DNA of 64,000 nt. Source: Candidatus Obscuribacterales bacterium (GTDB taxonomy: Bacteria; Cyanobacteriota; Vampirovibrionia; Obscuribacterales; Obscuribacteraceae). The stretch lies in NCBI GenBank assembly GCA_965228855.1, contig CBDDIJ010000002.1:96001-160000 (forward strand), in the 5' to 3' direction. Positions within the stretch are counted from its first letter, which is position 1. Each line of letters starts with the position of its first letter. Of the stretch, positions 41,167 to 51,101 are shown piece after piece. A program made the position numbers and the translations under genes. The notes beneath the pieces are model-generated. The model made no database searches. It had not been told where the DNA came from and worked only from the letters and a program-made list of their open reading frames with translations.

Positions 41167-41463
41167 AATCTACGATAAATCGCAAGGTCTCCTAACTCGC
41201 GCGAGAGGGTCAACGCGAACAATCACGAAGCTCGCGCGCCGTCTAATCTTCCTCCCCGTCAACGAGCCAGCGACAAAATTCACCAGATCCGTCGCTCTCT
41301 GATTGACAGGGCTCCCGTCGGACAACTCTAAACTCGACCTGTCAACGAGCCAGCGACAAAATACACCAAATCCGTCGCTCTCTGATTGACAGCGCGCCTC
41401 AAAATCCATTTTGTCAACGAGCCGGCGACGAAATCCGCAAAATCCGTCGTGACGAGGAAGGTT
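41167..41463. repeat. Repeat element locus 9: one arm plus three variant cores
   Basis: CTACGATA 41170; cores YGTCAACGAGCC...GATTGACA at 41257-41308 and 41340-41391; partial core from 41412. Confidence 0.8.
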
Positions 41464-42169
41464 CGCGCCTTCAATCCATACGAGATTCGCCGCGATCAAC
41501 GACTCATGTCACGCGGCCGTCACACGAGGTCTGTAATCTCTGAATCGGCGAAAGCATTACTATTTAAAACCTAAACCCCGCTCGCAACCACAGTTTCGAG
41601 CGCGTTTCATTGTCCACAAACAAAATGCGGACAGAAGACCACGCACCACCCATGGTGCCAAACGCGCCCAAACTTCGACTTTCGATTGGTTGCGTCCCCA
41701 GAAGCGATGCTTGCAATTGCACCTGCATGCGCGTTTCAGCCACTTTCGTCCCATTCAAACCAATCACGTCCTCACTCAACTCAGCTTATAAAACCATATC
41801 GATCAAACTCGATATATTGTTCCCGTCGTCCGGATTCACATCCTTTTCGACATAAGCCCGTTCCATTACCACAAACGGTTCAATCTCCACCCCTTCTGAT
41901 TGATCTCAGATGTTTCAAGTCGCGACTAAATCGTCGCGTCTTTCATCATGGACAGAATTCCAGACTGGAAGCGGCGTTACGTTGATTTCGCTGACTAAGG
42001 CGCTGCGAACTTCACCTGCTCCAGAGCGAAAAACCTTCACCTATACAGCTCAAAACGCACAACCGGTGTTCTAATCGTGCACCCACAAATCCTGCATCCA
42101 TCAGAATCCTACCGACACTCGCGTTCAAACCACTCGCATTCGTACTTCCCCAAACTCACGGAGTCACTC

Positions 42170-43081
42170 ATGGCAAATCTCGAGAACCAAACCAAAAGCA
42201 ATGATCGCGTTTCCGAAGGCAATCAATTAAACGACATCCCAGCCGCGCGAACCGAAGCTTACAACTCCTTTCAATACAGCCAGAACAGCGACTCTACGAG
42301 AGCGGCCACGGAGAAGCAGGTAGCTCTGGGAAATTTGCCTTCGTTCAGCATTGACACCGGCATTGGTGGCACAGCCGACAATGCACGCGGTGGCGCCGAT
42401 GGTGCCAATCGTTTTCAAGCGTTAAGCGATACTGGTTTCGGACAAAATGAGCCGGGCGGTGACGCAACCTTCCAGCTTGCCGCAGCAGGCTCACGAACCG
42501 AGACGAGAGAGGCGAGAACGTCACGCGGAGACCGCCACCGACACGACCACGGCGAGCCCGACGGTCGTCCGCCGGTAGACGCGCGCGCTTCTGAGAGGTT
42601 TAAATCGGAACACGACAGAACCGTCCAGTCCGTCAGAGACCAGATGCCGGAAAGCGTTCGCGACACTTTGAAAGACATCAAAACAACTCCAGTACGTTCG
42701 ATACTGCACGGCGAGGCTGGCGGCGTCTATGATCCAGACTCGAAAGAACTGCTGCTTGCAGAAAAACGCCCGGGCAATGTCAGCCTGGAAAGCGTCGTGA
42801 AACATGAGTTCGGGCACGCCTACGACTTCAACCAGAAAGACGGCAAGCCATTGTCGGAAGACAAGGAGTTTCGCAAAATGGTCGACGATTACACTAAAAA
42901 GCACCCGGACCTTCGTATGCAGAAAACGGCTCAGGGCGACAATTACTATGGTGAGGTCTTCGCCGACCTGTTCGCTGCCAACCTCAACGCGCCCGGCAAG
43001 GACCTCGCCGCACCGCATGTCGACAGACAAATGCCGGCTGCCAAAGAATGGGTCCGCAGAAAAATGATGCGAAGCAATTAG
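42170..43081 (+). CDS. HEXXH zinc metallopeptidase-like protein (lethal-factor-like) with low-complexity N-terminus
   Basis: GGVYDP, KHEFGHAYD, GEVFADLFA. Confidence 0.7.
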   Translation: MANLENQTKSNDRVSEGNQLNDIPAARTEAYNSFQYSQNSDSTRAATEKQVALGNLPSFSIDTGIGGTADNARGGADGANRFQALSDTGFGQNEPGGDATFQLAAAGSRTETREARTSRGDRHRHDHGEPDGRPPVDARASERFKSEHDRTVQSVRDQMPESVRDTLKDIKTTPVRSILHGEAGGVYDPDSKELLLAEKRPGNVSLESVVKHEFGHAYDFNQKDGKPLSEDKEFRKMVDDYTKKHPDLRMQKTAQGDNYYGEVFADLFAANLNAPGKDLAAPHVDRQMPAAKEWVRRKMMRSN

Positions 43082-43148
43082 TCAAATCCCCTCAATCCAC
43101 CTGCCAACGGTCAGCTTTCCGCCTTTAAAGGCTCGCGAAAGCTGCCCG

Positions 43149-43213
43149 TTGACAGAGCGCAATAACATCTGCTAAGTTGATGTTATTGTCATATTACGAT
43201 TTCTGCATATGTT
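43149..43213 (+). promoter_or_regulatory. sigma70-type promoter plus degenerate 12-2-12 operator
   Basis: TTGACA 43149; GTCATATTACGA-TT-TCTGCATATGTT 43188-43213 resembles the 45757 palindrome. Confidence 0.55.
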
Positions 43214-43416
43214 TAATCTTTCGGCCGACCACACTCGGCATCGTTGATGCTAGAAGCTAAACAGCCAACCTGCAACCCCCCAGGGTGGTCAATTCAGCTT
43301 CGCTCGCCGAAATTAACAAACCGGCAAAAAAATCATCAGTACGCTTTTGAAAATTCCCTTTCAAAAGCATCGTTGCATAAAACCTTCGCGATCAATCGTA
43401 TACATCGGAGTCATCA

Positions 43417-44991
43417 ATGACTACTTCAGCGCTCGACCCTTCAACTGCCACGGAGAAAACCGACCGAAAGAAACAACTCACCACTGAGCTTTGCGCTGCG
43501 ATTGTCCTCCTCTGTATCGCATTGCCGCTCAACGTCGGCGTCGCCATCGCATCCGGCGTCCCAGCTGAATTCGGCATCATATCCGGTGCCATCGCATCGC
43601 TAGTCACCGGCTTCGTCACCGGCTCGTCGGCTCTAGTATCCGGACCTGATGCTGGTATCGGCGTTCTGGTATTCGACCTTGTTCAGCAATATGGTTTAAA
43701 AAATCTCGGAGTGATCGTTGTCGTCACTGGACTGATACAGCTAGCTATCGGTTTGACACGGTCCGCCAAGTGGTTCCGAGCGGTATCACCCGCGGTGGTC
43801 AACGGTATGCTCGCAGGCATGGGACTGATCATCATCTTTACTCAGTTCCATATAATGCTGGACGACAAGCCGAAAAGCACCGGCTTGATGAACATGCTTC
43901 TCATGCCCGAAGCACTACTGAAAGGGATCACTCCAAATGAGAGCACGTCGCACCAGGAAGCAGCGATTCTTGCGCTGGCGACGATCGCCGTAGCCGTCGC
44001 ATGGACTCGCTGGGCACCGGCAAAGCTCAAAATTGTTCCGAACGCTCTGGTAGGAATCGCCACAGTCACGCTAGCCGCCATGTTCTTCGACATGCCCGTG
44101 AAATATGTCACCATCCCGGCTTCACTGACTCAAAACATCTCCCTTGTTTCAATCGATTCAGTCATCGCGGCATTTCAAAATCCCGAGATGCTCGGGGCGG
44201 CTGGAATGTTGGCATTCATTTGCAGTGCGCAATCACTGATCACGCTGAGCGCGGTCGATGACACGGCATTGCGACGTGGCGGTTTGTATGATCGAGAGCT
44301 GATCGCGCAGGGCGTCGGTAATATCGCATGTGGTGCCATCGGTGCGCTGCCGATCGTCGGCGTTCTCTTGCGCAGCATGGCGAACAAACAGAATGGTGCC
44401 GTCACACGCATCCCTAACGTGCTTCACGGCATCTTGATGATTTCAACTATCATTTGCCTCCCCTGGCTTCTCACCTCGATTCCAACGAGTGTGCTCGCCG
44501 CCATCCTGGTTTTAACCGGGACGAGAATGGTGCTCGGAATTTGGAAGTCGGTGAAAACATACGAGAAGCGCGAGCTGCAGATACTTGCCCTGACAGCGGT
44601 TGCGATTATTTCAACCAATCTATTTACCGGCGTGCTGATCGGTTTCGTCGCTGCACTGTTAAAACAACTCTATACACTTTCACACCTGGATATGCGTTTG
44701 GAAACACAGCGCAACAGCAATATCGCGATCCTTCACATGCGCGGTGCCGCTACGTTTCTGCAACTTCCTCGCATAGAAAGCATGCTCGCTCAAATTCCGG
44801 ATCACACCGAACTCCATGTCAGACTCGATGAGATTCGATATATAGATCATGCATGTCTTCTAAACCTCGTTCAATGGGAACGCCATCACAGAGGGCGCCT
44901 CGTGATTGACTGGAGTCGAAGCGGTATGCAATTTCGCAGATATCCGATGCGCACCAGTCAGCTCGAAGCAGATCTCGCCAATCAAAACTAA
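43417..44991 (+). CDS. SulP family anion transporter with STAS-like tail
   Basis: IALPLNVGVAIASG, VSGP, RELIAQGVGN, RSMAN. Confidence 0.93.
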   Translation: MTTSALDPSTATEKTDRKKQLTTELCAAIVLLCIALPLNVGVAIASGVPAEFGIISGAIASLVTGFVTGSSALVSGPDAGIGVLVFDLVQQYGLKNLGVIVVVTGLIQLAIGLTRSAKWFRAVSPAVVNGMLAGMGLIIIFTQFHIMLDDKPKSTGLMNMLLMPEALLKGITPNESTSHQEAAILALATIAVAVAWTRWAPAKLKIVPNALVGIATVTLAAMFFDMPVKYVTIPASLTQNISLVSIDSVIAAFQNPEMLGAAGMLAFICSAQSLITLSAVDDTALRRGGLYDRELIAQGVGNIACGAIGALPIVGVLLRSMANKQNGAVTRIPNVLHGILMISTIICLPWLLTSIPTSVLAAILVLTGTRMVLGIWKSVKTYEKRELQILALTAVAIISTNLFTGVLIGFVAALLKQLYTLSHLDMRLETQRNSNIAILHMRGAATFLQLPRIESMLAQIPDHTELHVRLDEIRYIDHACLLNLVQWERHHRGRLVIDWSRSGMQFRRYPMRTSQLEADLANQN

Positions 44992-45093
44992 CTCGCAAGA
45001 CATCGATGGTCAGCGCCATCTAGCGCGAACAAACTCCGTCGAACTCACTTGATAATCAAACTCAGTCTATTGTTTCGGTAATTACATGTTAGG

Positions 45094-45519
45094 ATGAAGC
45101 GGTCAATGGTAATTTGTCTATTCGAAAAAATGGATCGAAAAGTCGTTTCGGAAGAACTTTCGCGCTTCTTTGGAGTGCTGGCTCACCCATTGCGCGTCTT
45201 GATTGTGGAAGAATTGCGAAACGGCGAATTGACGGTCACCGACCTCAAGGATGCCCTTAAGGTGCCCCAAGCCTCAGTCTCACAGCATCTGGGTATTTTG
45301 CGCGCCAACAGAATCGTGTTGGAGCGCAGAGATGGACGCCACGTTTACTATCATTTGCGCCAGCAAGACCTGGCAGAACTCGTTGTCGAATGCATCAAAT
45401 TTGTATTGCCGGACGACAAAGAGTCAAAACGCATTATGTCGGCACTGGATCTGGCGAAATCCACCTGGTCTCAAGAGAAGACGCAGGTCAAATCGATCAA
45501 GCGCAAGACATCGCGCTAG
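45094..45519 (+). CDS. ArsR/SmtB family transcriptional regulator
   Basis: LAHPLRVLI...SVSQHLGILR...RDGRHVYY. Confidence 0.93.
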   Translation: MKRSMVICLFEKMDRKVVSEELSRFFGVLAHPLRVLIVEELRNGELTVTDLKDALKVPQASVSQHLGILRANRIVLERRDGRHVYYHLRQQDLAELVVECIKFVLPDDKESKRIMSALDLAKSTWSQEKTQVKSIKRKTSR

Positions 45520-45718
45520 TGCGCTATTACTAAACAACGATAGAACATCGTGCCAATTACACGTCGACTGAACAACTCGCAACCACCGCACCGATTTCGT
45601 CAGGACTGAGCCGAGTCGCACCGGTTTGTTGTGTTTACGCTAAGTTTAAACACAACCACCGGCTCCGCCCTCAATAGCCGCGACTTCCACCAACCTTGCG
45701 GTTTTCGGACCTCTAATC

Positions 45719-45782
45719 TTGACACCTTCCCCTCCTGATGATAAAGTATTTATATCGACATATTGCAACATTGCAATATGTC
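45719..45782 (+). promoter_or_regulatory. promoter plus perfect 12-2-12 operator
   Basis: TTGACA-17 bp-TAAAGT (with TG extension); GACATATTGCAA-CA-TTGCAATATGTC 45757-45782. Confidence 0.8.
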
Positions 45783-45855
45783 AACTTGTCCGACTGGGTG
45801 ATTTACTAAACACGCACTCCACACGGCGCGGTGCAACCGCCAACGGTGCGGGAGA

Positions 45856-46416
45856 GTGACGATGCTATTCAATAAAAGAAACCGAGACAACACCAATAGC
45901 GATACCGCACATCCATCCGGAAAAGGTGTCGATAAGTATGGTTTGCGCATCGTCGTGCCAATTCAGGACGAAGAGCAAGGTCGGCTTGCCGTCAACGTTT
46001 TGAAAGGCAGCAATCATTCAAGATTTTCAGTCATCCGACTTTTTCACTGCGTTCCCAATCTCCATTTCACTAACAGCTGGATCAATCCTATGGAAGTGAT
46101 TCAGATGCACGACAGCCAGGTCGCGGATCAGGAGAAAGCTCGCAATCAGCTTAAGGAGCTCGCTAGGGAGCTGGCGGCGGCCCTACCGGGAGTACGAATC
46201 ACGTTTAACTCGGTAGTCCATGAATCGGTCGCCGATGCGATCGCAGACGAAGCGAATAATCTAGACGCCAATATGATTCTTATGGTCAACGATCCGAAGC
46301 GCAAGAAGCATTGGCTATTTCCTGGCGTGAGCAACCGCATTCTTCGGACCGCAAAGTGCCCGGTTCAAATCATCAAACCCGCAGATCATCACGACGGCAT
46401 GGTTTTCGTTGCATGA
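45856..46416 (+). CDS. universal stress protein
   Basis: RIVVPI, VADAIADEA...ANMILM, GVSNRILRTAKCPVQII. Confidence 0.88.
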   Translation: MTMLFNKRNRDNTNSDTAHPSGKGVDKYGLRIVVPIQDEEQGRLAVNVLKGSNHSRFSVIRLFHCVPNLHFTNSWINPMEVIQMHDSQVADQEKARNQLKELARELAAALPGVRITFNSVVHESVADAIADEANNLDANMILMVNDPKRKKHWLFPGVSNRILRTAKCPVQIIKPADHHDGMVFVA

Positions 46417-46802
46417 GTCGACTCAAAAAGTGCCTACTGCTGCTGTTGTTCCTCGTTATCGGTTTAACCGGTCTCGATTTCAACATCGCTCTGGCAAACA
46501 CGAGTGGACATCAGTCCAATATGGCCTTCGAAGCGCAGCCACTGGAGCCGGAAGAGCTGGACTGTCCTGAAGGTCCTCGCCATCGCCACCACACAAAACT
46601 GGTGATTGCCAGTACAGTTCATATCTCGCATTCGTCCAGTTCATGCGCCCCTTCATCAGCGCCGCCCCTTTCTATAATTGCGTACGCCGGTCAGTGTCCC
46701 ACGCAAGCATTGCTTGAATCATGGCGCGACAAGCGCGAAGAACACTTCAGTGCACTAAAATCCGAGCCCCTCTGGCTGAGGTACAACGTCCTTCTGATTT
46801 GA
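46413..46802 (+). CDS. hypothetical secreted protein
   Basis: ATGA overlap with the usp stop; signal peptide. Confidence 0.5.
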   Translation: MSRLKKCLLLLLFLVIGLTGLDFNIALANTSGHQSNMAFEAQPLEPEELDCPEGPRHRHHTKLVIASTVHISHSSSSCAPSSAPPLSIIAYAGQCPTQALLESWRDKREEHFSALKSEPLWLRYNVLLI

Positions 46803-46913
46803 ACGAAACATCGGCTGCAAGCGGTTTTTAAACAGAAACCGCTATTCCGTTTCGTTTAGAGTCTGACGGCAAAGCTTTATGTTTTGCCGGAAGCATAGCA
46901 GAGGGATGTTTTT

Positions 46914-47552
46914 ATGTGCCAAAGTCAAACCACGAAGTCGCAAGACTTCCAGCGTACCTACTCGCTTTCTGTTCCGACCCATCGGCTCTCTGAGGTTCGC
47001 ACAGTCGTGATCGCCTGCTCCGAAATTGGTGCTTTGCCTCGTTTACGCGAACTAGACATGCTCGAACCTGTCGCGTATCTGACGATGCCCGGCGGCACTC
47101 TGCAGCTCGCCTATGAACAGGAGCCGGATGAAGACGTCGTCCGCTTTTTAGAGTCCCTTTTGATGAGCGCGAGTCAAGCCGAGTTCATCGTCACATGCCT
47201 GCACACCAAGTGCGCTCATTTCCTGGATGGAAAGGCGTCTCCGCATCTAGCGCTCGTTGGCGCCGAATCTGAAGATGAACATAACTCTCACAAGTCGACG
47301 AAACAGCCGAGTGACGAAGAGTCGGATCTGAATCTTTCGGCAGCTGCCGAGCCCATGCCGCAGCAGGAGATGGTTAAGAGTCAGCTTCTCGGTTTGAGGA
47401 GGCTTCTCAAGGCGAGCAAACCGCTCGCCTCACGAAAACTGACCGTGAGCGGTTGGTTGTACGAAACAGAAATCGATTGGATTTCCTTCTACGACAACGA
47501 AACCGACCTGTTTCTCCCACTCAGCGCCAAAGTCGAACTCTATTGCGAGTAG
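46914..47552 (+). CDS. degenerate beta-carbonic anhydrase-like protein
   Basis: VIACSE, HTKC, LTVSGWLYE; near SulP. Confidence 0.6.
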   Translation: MCQSQTTKSQDFQRTYSLSVPTHRLSEVRTVVIACSEIGALPRLRELDMLEPVAYLTMPGGTLQLAYEQEPDEDVVRFLESLLMSASQAEFIVTCLHTKCAHFLDGKASPHLALVGAESEDEHNSHKSTKQPSDEESDLNLSAAAEPMPQQEMVKSQLLGLRRLLKASKPLASRKLTVSGWLYETEIDWISFYDNETDLFLPLSAKVELYCE

Positions 47553-47805
47553 CATCAGGCAGGAAAGTTTCTACATAGGTAGCGTTATAGTCCGAGTTCA
47601 CCTTAAGCACGTTTCAACTGAAAAGGTGGTGCGGTTTTTGACTTGTGTTTTGCAAACGCCAACTCTGTTTATGTTTCGAGATTCAATTCAAGATAATTGC
47701 GATAACCTAATGATTCTCAAGAGGCCTTAAGAAATCGTAGTACAAATTGAGTGTTGGATATACAACGGGCACCACTTAATTCTGCAAACATAAGGAGTAC
47801 CGGAG

Positions 47806-48939
47806 ATGACGGGAATCTTCTACGACCTGAATAGCTATGGTCACGAACAAGTTTCGTTCTTTCACGACAGAGAAACCGGATTGAAAGCCATCATCGGCAT
47901 TCACAGCACTGTTCTCGGACCATCGCTTGGTGGCTGCAGAATGTGGAAGTACAACGACGAACAAGAAGCGCTTCGCGATGTACTTAGATTGTCACGCGGA
48001 ATGACCTACAAAGCCGCGCTAGCAGGGCTCAACCTCGGCGGCGGAAAGGCAGTCATCATCGGCGATTCCCGTCAAGACAAAACCGATGAGATGCTCAAAG
48101 TGTTTGGTCGCGCTGTCGACTCACTCGGTGGACGCTACATCACCGCGGAAGACGTCGGCATGACAGTCAAAGATATCGACACCATCAGAACAGTAACCAG
48201 CCACGCAGTCGGCGGCAGCAACGAAGGTGGCTCCGGCGATCCGTCAGTGATGACCGCATTCGGCGTATTCCAGGGCATGAAGGCAGCTCTCAAGGCAGCA
48301 GGCATGGGCGAGTCGCTCGAAGGTCTCCGCGTCGCAATCCAGGGCGTAGGCAACGTCGGCTACCACCTCTGCAGCTACCTCTCAGCAGCAGGCGCAGAGC
48401 TGGTCATCACCGACATCTATCCGAATCAGGTCGAAAAGGTCGTCCAGGAATTCGGCGCGGACGTCGTATCGCCTGACCAGATCTACTCTACGAACTGCGA
48501 CATCTTCGCTCCTTGCGCATTAGGTGCAATTCTGAACGCTCGCACCATTCCGCAATTGAAGTGCAAAGTTGTTGCCGGTTCCGCCAACAACCAGCTGGAA
48601 ACCGAGAAAGACGGTTTCGAACTCTTCAATCGTGGTATCACATACGCACCGGACTATGCTATCAACTCAGGCGGTCTGGTCAACGTCGCAGCCGAGCTCG
48701 AGGGCTACGACCAGAAGAAGGTGATGGACAAAGTCGCCACCGTATACAACACCATTGCTGAAGTTCTCGACAAGAGCAAGCGCGAAGACATCCCGCCGCA
48801 TGAAGCGGCAGATGCTCTGGCTGAGCAACGTCTCGACGAGGCTCGAAAAACGAACCGCCGCAAAAGCAACACCGAATTGAGAAGTGAGTATCTCACCAAG
48901 CTCAACAAATCGATCGAGCTGACCGGGGCGTCCAACTAA
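47806..48939 (+). CDS. leucine dehydrogenase (Glu/Leu/Phe/Val dehydrogenase family)
   Basis: RGMTYK, GGGKAVI, YITAEDVG, QGVGNVG, GSANNQL. Confidence 0.95.
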   Translation: MTGIFYDLNSYGHEQVSFFHDRETGLKAIIGIHSTVLGPSLGGCRMWKYNDEQEALRDVLRLSRGMTYKAALAGLNLGGGKAVIIGDSRQDKTDEMLKVFGRAVDSLGGRYITAEDVGMTVKDIDTIRTVTSHAVGGSNEGGSGDPSVMTAFGVFQGMKAALKAAGMGESLEGLRVAIQGVGNVGYHLCSYLSAAGAELVITDIYPNQVEKVVQEFGADVVSPDQIYSTNCDIFAPCALGAILNARTIPQLKCKVVAGSANNQLETEKDGFELFNRGITYAPDYAINSGGLVNVAAELEGYDQKKVMDKVATVYNTIAEVLDKSKREDIPPHEAADALAEQRLDEARKTNRRKSNTELRSEYLTKLNKSIELTGASN

Positions 48940-48940
48940 C

Positions 48941-49282
48941 ATGAGTTTCAACACTCTTGAAGGTGGTCTGGTTTGCCCTCACTGCAAGGCAGATATCATC
49001 TCGGGAGTTGGATTCAGACTAGGAAGTATTGCGAGTCTCCGATATAAGGTCGGGGACTCGCTTTCTTGGGAGGGCGACTATTGCCGCCCGAAAACCCGAC
49101 CCACCGCCATAGTTATCAAAACGGTCGGCTACTTCAACTGCGACAACATCAAATGCAAATCCTGGCAGGACTGCTATCCGGATGTGCAGCTCGGCTTGAT
49201 CACCGTTGAAGACAACGTGATCACCAAAGTGGAACCATACACCGGTCCCGAGCCCGAAACCGAATTCGCGATTATCGACTAA
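48941..49282 (+). CDS. small Cys-rich hypothetical protein
   Basis: CPHC and CDNIKC; starts 1 bp after the dehydrogenase stop. Confidence 0.7.
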   Translation: MSFNTLEGGLVCPHCKADIISGVGFRLGSIASLRYKVGDSLSWEGDYCRPKTRPTAIVIKTVGYFNCDNIKCKSWQDCYPDVQLGLITVEDNVITKVEPYTGPEPETEFAIID

Positions 49283-49289
49283 CGAAAAA

Positions 49290-49502
49290 TGTCTACTAGC
49301 TCATTCAGGGAAATGCCTACTAACTCATTCAGTATCACTTTTCTGCGCCAGTATGCGTTTTCAAGCTTCAAAATCCTACTAGCTCATTCAGTATCATTTT
49401 TCAGCGCCAGTAAGCATTTCGGGCTTTCGAGCCCCTACCAAGAGAGGGCTTGTCTACGACCGATAGACGGATTTCGGAAAAAGCGTCAATCAGTCGTAGA
49501 CA
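49290..49502. repeat. Repeat element locus 10: three arm variants plus core
   Basis: CTACTARCTCATTCAG at 49293, 49317, 49376; core 49451-49502. Confidence 0.85.
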
Positions 49503-49596
49503 ACCGGTGGAAACCTGACCAAGTTTCTTCTACGATTCGTCGCCATGAGCCTATCTAAGAAATCAGTGGCAGCCATCCGGGCTGCGCGTTGTCTCC

Positions 49597-49864
49597 CGCG
49601 CAGGTCGCTGCAATCTTGATTGCAGGTTTCCAAAGAAAAGCTGCAAACTAATTTGCAGCTCCCTGAATTTCGACTCGAACGTCAACGACTTGGTGCTTCG
49701 CGCAGGTCGCTGCAATCTTGATTGCAGGTTTCCAAAGAAAAGCTGCAAACTAATTTGCAACTGCCTGAATTTCGACTCGAACGTCAACGACTTGGTGCTT
49801 CGCGCAAGTCGCTGCAATCTTGATTGCAGGTTTCCAAAGAAAAGCTGCAAACTAATTTGCAGCT
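49597..49864. repeat. 102-bp tandem repeat (about 2.6 copies) with two palindromes per unit
   Basis: Units at 49597, 49699, 49801; CTGCAATC-TT-GATTGCAG and AGCTGCAAA-CTAA-TTTGCAGCT. Confidence 0.9.
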
Positions 49865-49875
49865 GCAACTTCCTT

Positions 49876-50442
49876 TTACTTCTTATGACCACCCTTGCCG
49901 CTCCAGTGAATTTCCCAATTCGACCGTGGTATCGAAATCGGAAATCGTTGATTACGCATCGACAAAACCATCTTCTGGCCGCTCTCGAATGCCTTGGTTC
50001 GCCTCCCATTTTTCACGTACGTTTTGGCAAAGACATTCAATTCATCGGGGCGCCGAACTTGAAACTCCACACCGCGCCAGACCGAATAGTCCATCAAAAG
50101 ACTCACGTGACGAACAATCATATCGCCAGACGTCAGGTTCAGCCCTCTTAGCCCCTCCGGAACGTCCGCGAGCTGCTCTACGGAAACCGTCCCCTCACAA
50201 TCAGGCGCGATCAGCCGAACAAGAAGATAAGGGCAGTTCGGATCTCCTTCCTTGTAAACGCACGTGATTCGTTTCACATACGCTCCCGTTTCAGATCGAT
50301 CCAGGTAGGACTGAAGTTCCTCAAGTTTCATCGGCCGCTGCGGTAGGTTTTCCTCCGCAGAAAAACCGAACAAGAGACCGCCGAACACGGCGATGCCTGC
50401 CGACGCACAGGCGAATATCAAAAGCTGCTTACCTTTTCTCAT
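49876..50442 (-). CDS. membrane-anchored hypothetical protein, paralog family A
   Basis: TM then MKLEEL...VKRITC...LLVRLIAP. Confidence 0.7.
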   Translation of the reverse strand: MRKGKQLLIFACASAGIAVFGGLLFGFSAEENLPQRPMKLEELQSYLDRSETGAYVKRITCVYKEGDPNCPYLLVRLIAPDCEGTVSVEQLADVPEGLRGLNLTSGDMIVRHVSLLMDYSVWRGVEFQVRRPDELNVFAKTYVKNGRRTKAFESGQKMVLSMRNQRFPISIPRSNWEIHWSGKGGHKK

Positions 50443-50993
50443 TACGGCTTAGCCTTGAGCCAGGTAGTGACGTAGCCCGGATCATTAATCAGGCAAAGCG
50501 GTACATGCTCAGGATAAGGACCTAAAGCCTTACCATCTTTAATTACATCCTCAGTCCACTTTGAGCGGTGAAACGATACCTCAAAATGAATATTCTCGCG
50601 GAAGTCCACTCTTACCGAATCACATCGTCGAAAAACCCACTCAATTCTAGGATTCACGGGAAAGTCCGCTCGTACCAGACTACACGAAGAGCCAGGGGAC
50701 AGGGCAAACGGCAACTGGTCGGCACCAACCTTAACCACGCGTTCCGGCTCCACCAGCTCCACAACTAAGCTTGGGTAGTCCTTACTTGGATAATTAGAAC
50801 TGTTGCAAGTTACTCGCTTGACCCGTCGCTTAGCGACATCATCCTTTTCAAGAATCGCCTTGATGAGCTCCTGCCACTCGAGTCGAGGCATAAAGAAGTC
50901 TGGCGATGCGCTTAAACCGAAAGCAAACCCCCCGCCCGCCGAAAGCAGTGCGACCCAGCACACGCCACTGAAATATGTTTTTCGGCTCAACAT
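50442..50993 (-). CDS. membrane-anchored hypothetical protein, paralog family A
   Basis: TM then LEWQEL...VKRVTC...LVVELVEP; stop/start overlap with next gene. Confidence 0.7.
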   Translation of the reverse strand: MLSRKTYFSGVCWVALLSAGGGFAFGLSASPDFFMPRLEWQELIKAILEKDDVAKRRVKRVTCNSSNYPSKDYPSLVVELVEPERVVKVGADQLPFALSPGSSCSLVRADFPVNPRIEWVFRRCDSVRVDFRENIHFEVSFHRSKWTEDVIKDGKALGPYPEHVPLCLINDPGYVTTWLKAKP

Positions 50994-51101
50994 AATTCCA
51001 CTCTACCGCGCATCGAATTCCAACGCGAATTAATCTAAATCGGTTGAACTTTTTGGTCGCTCAAAACGTATTACATTTTAGAACCCGCTGGAGGATACGT
51101 G

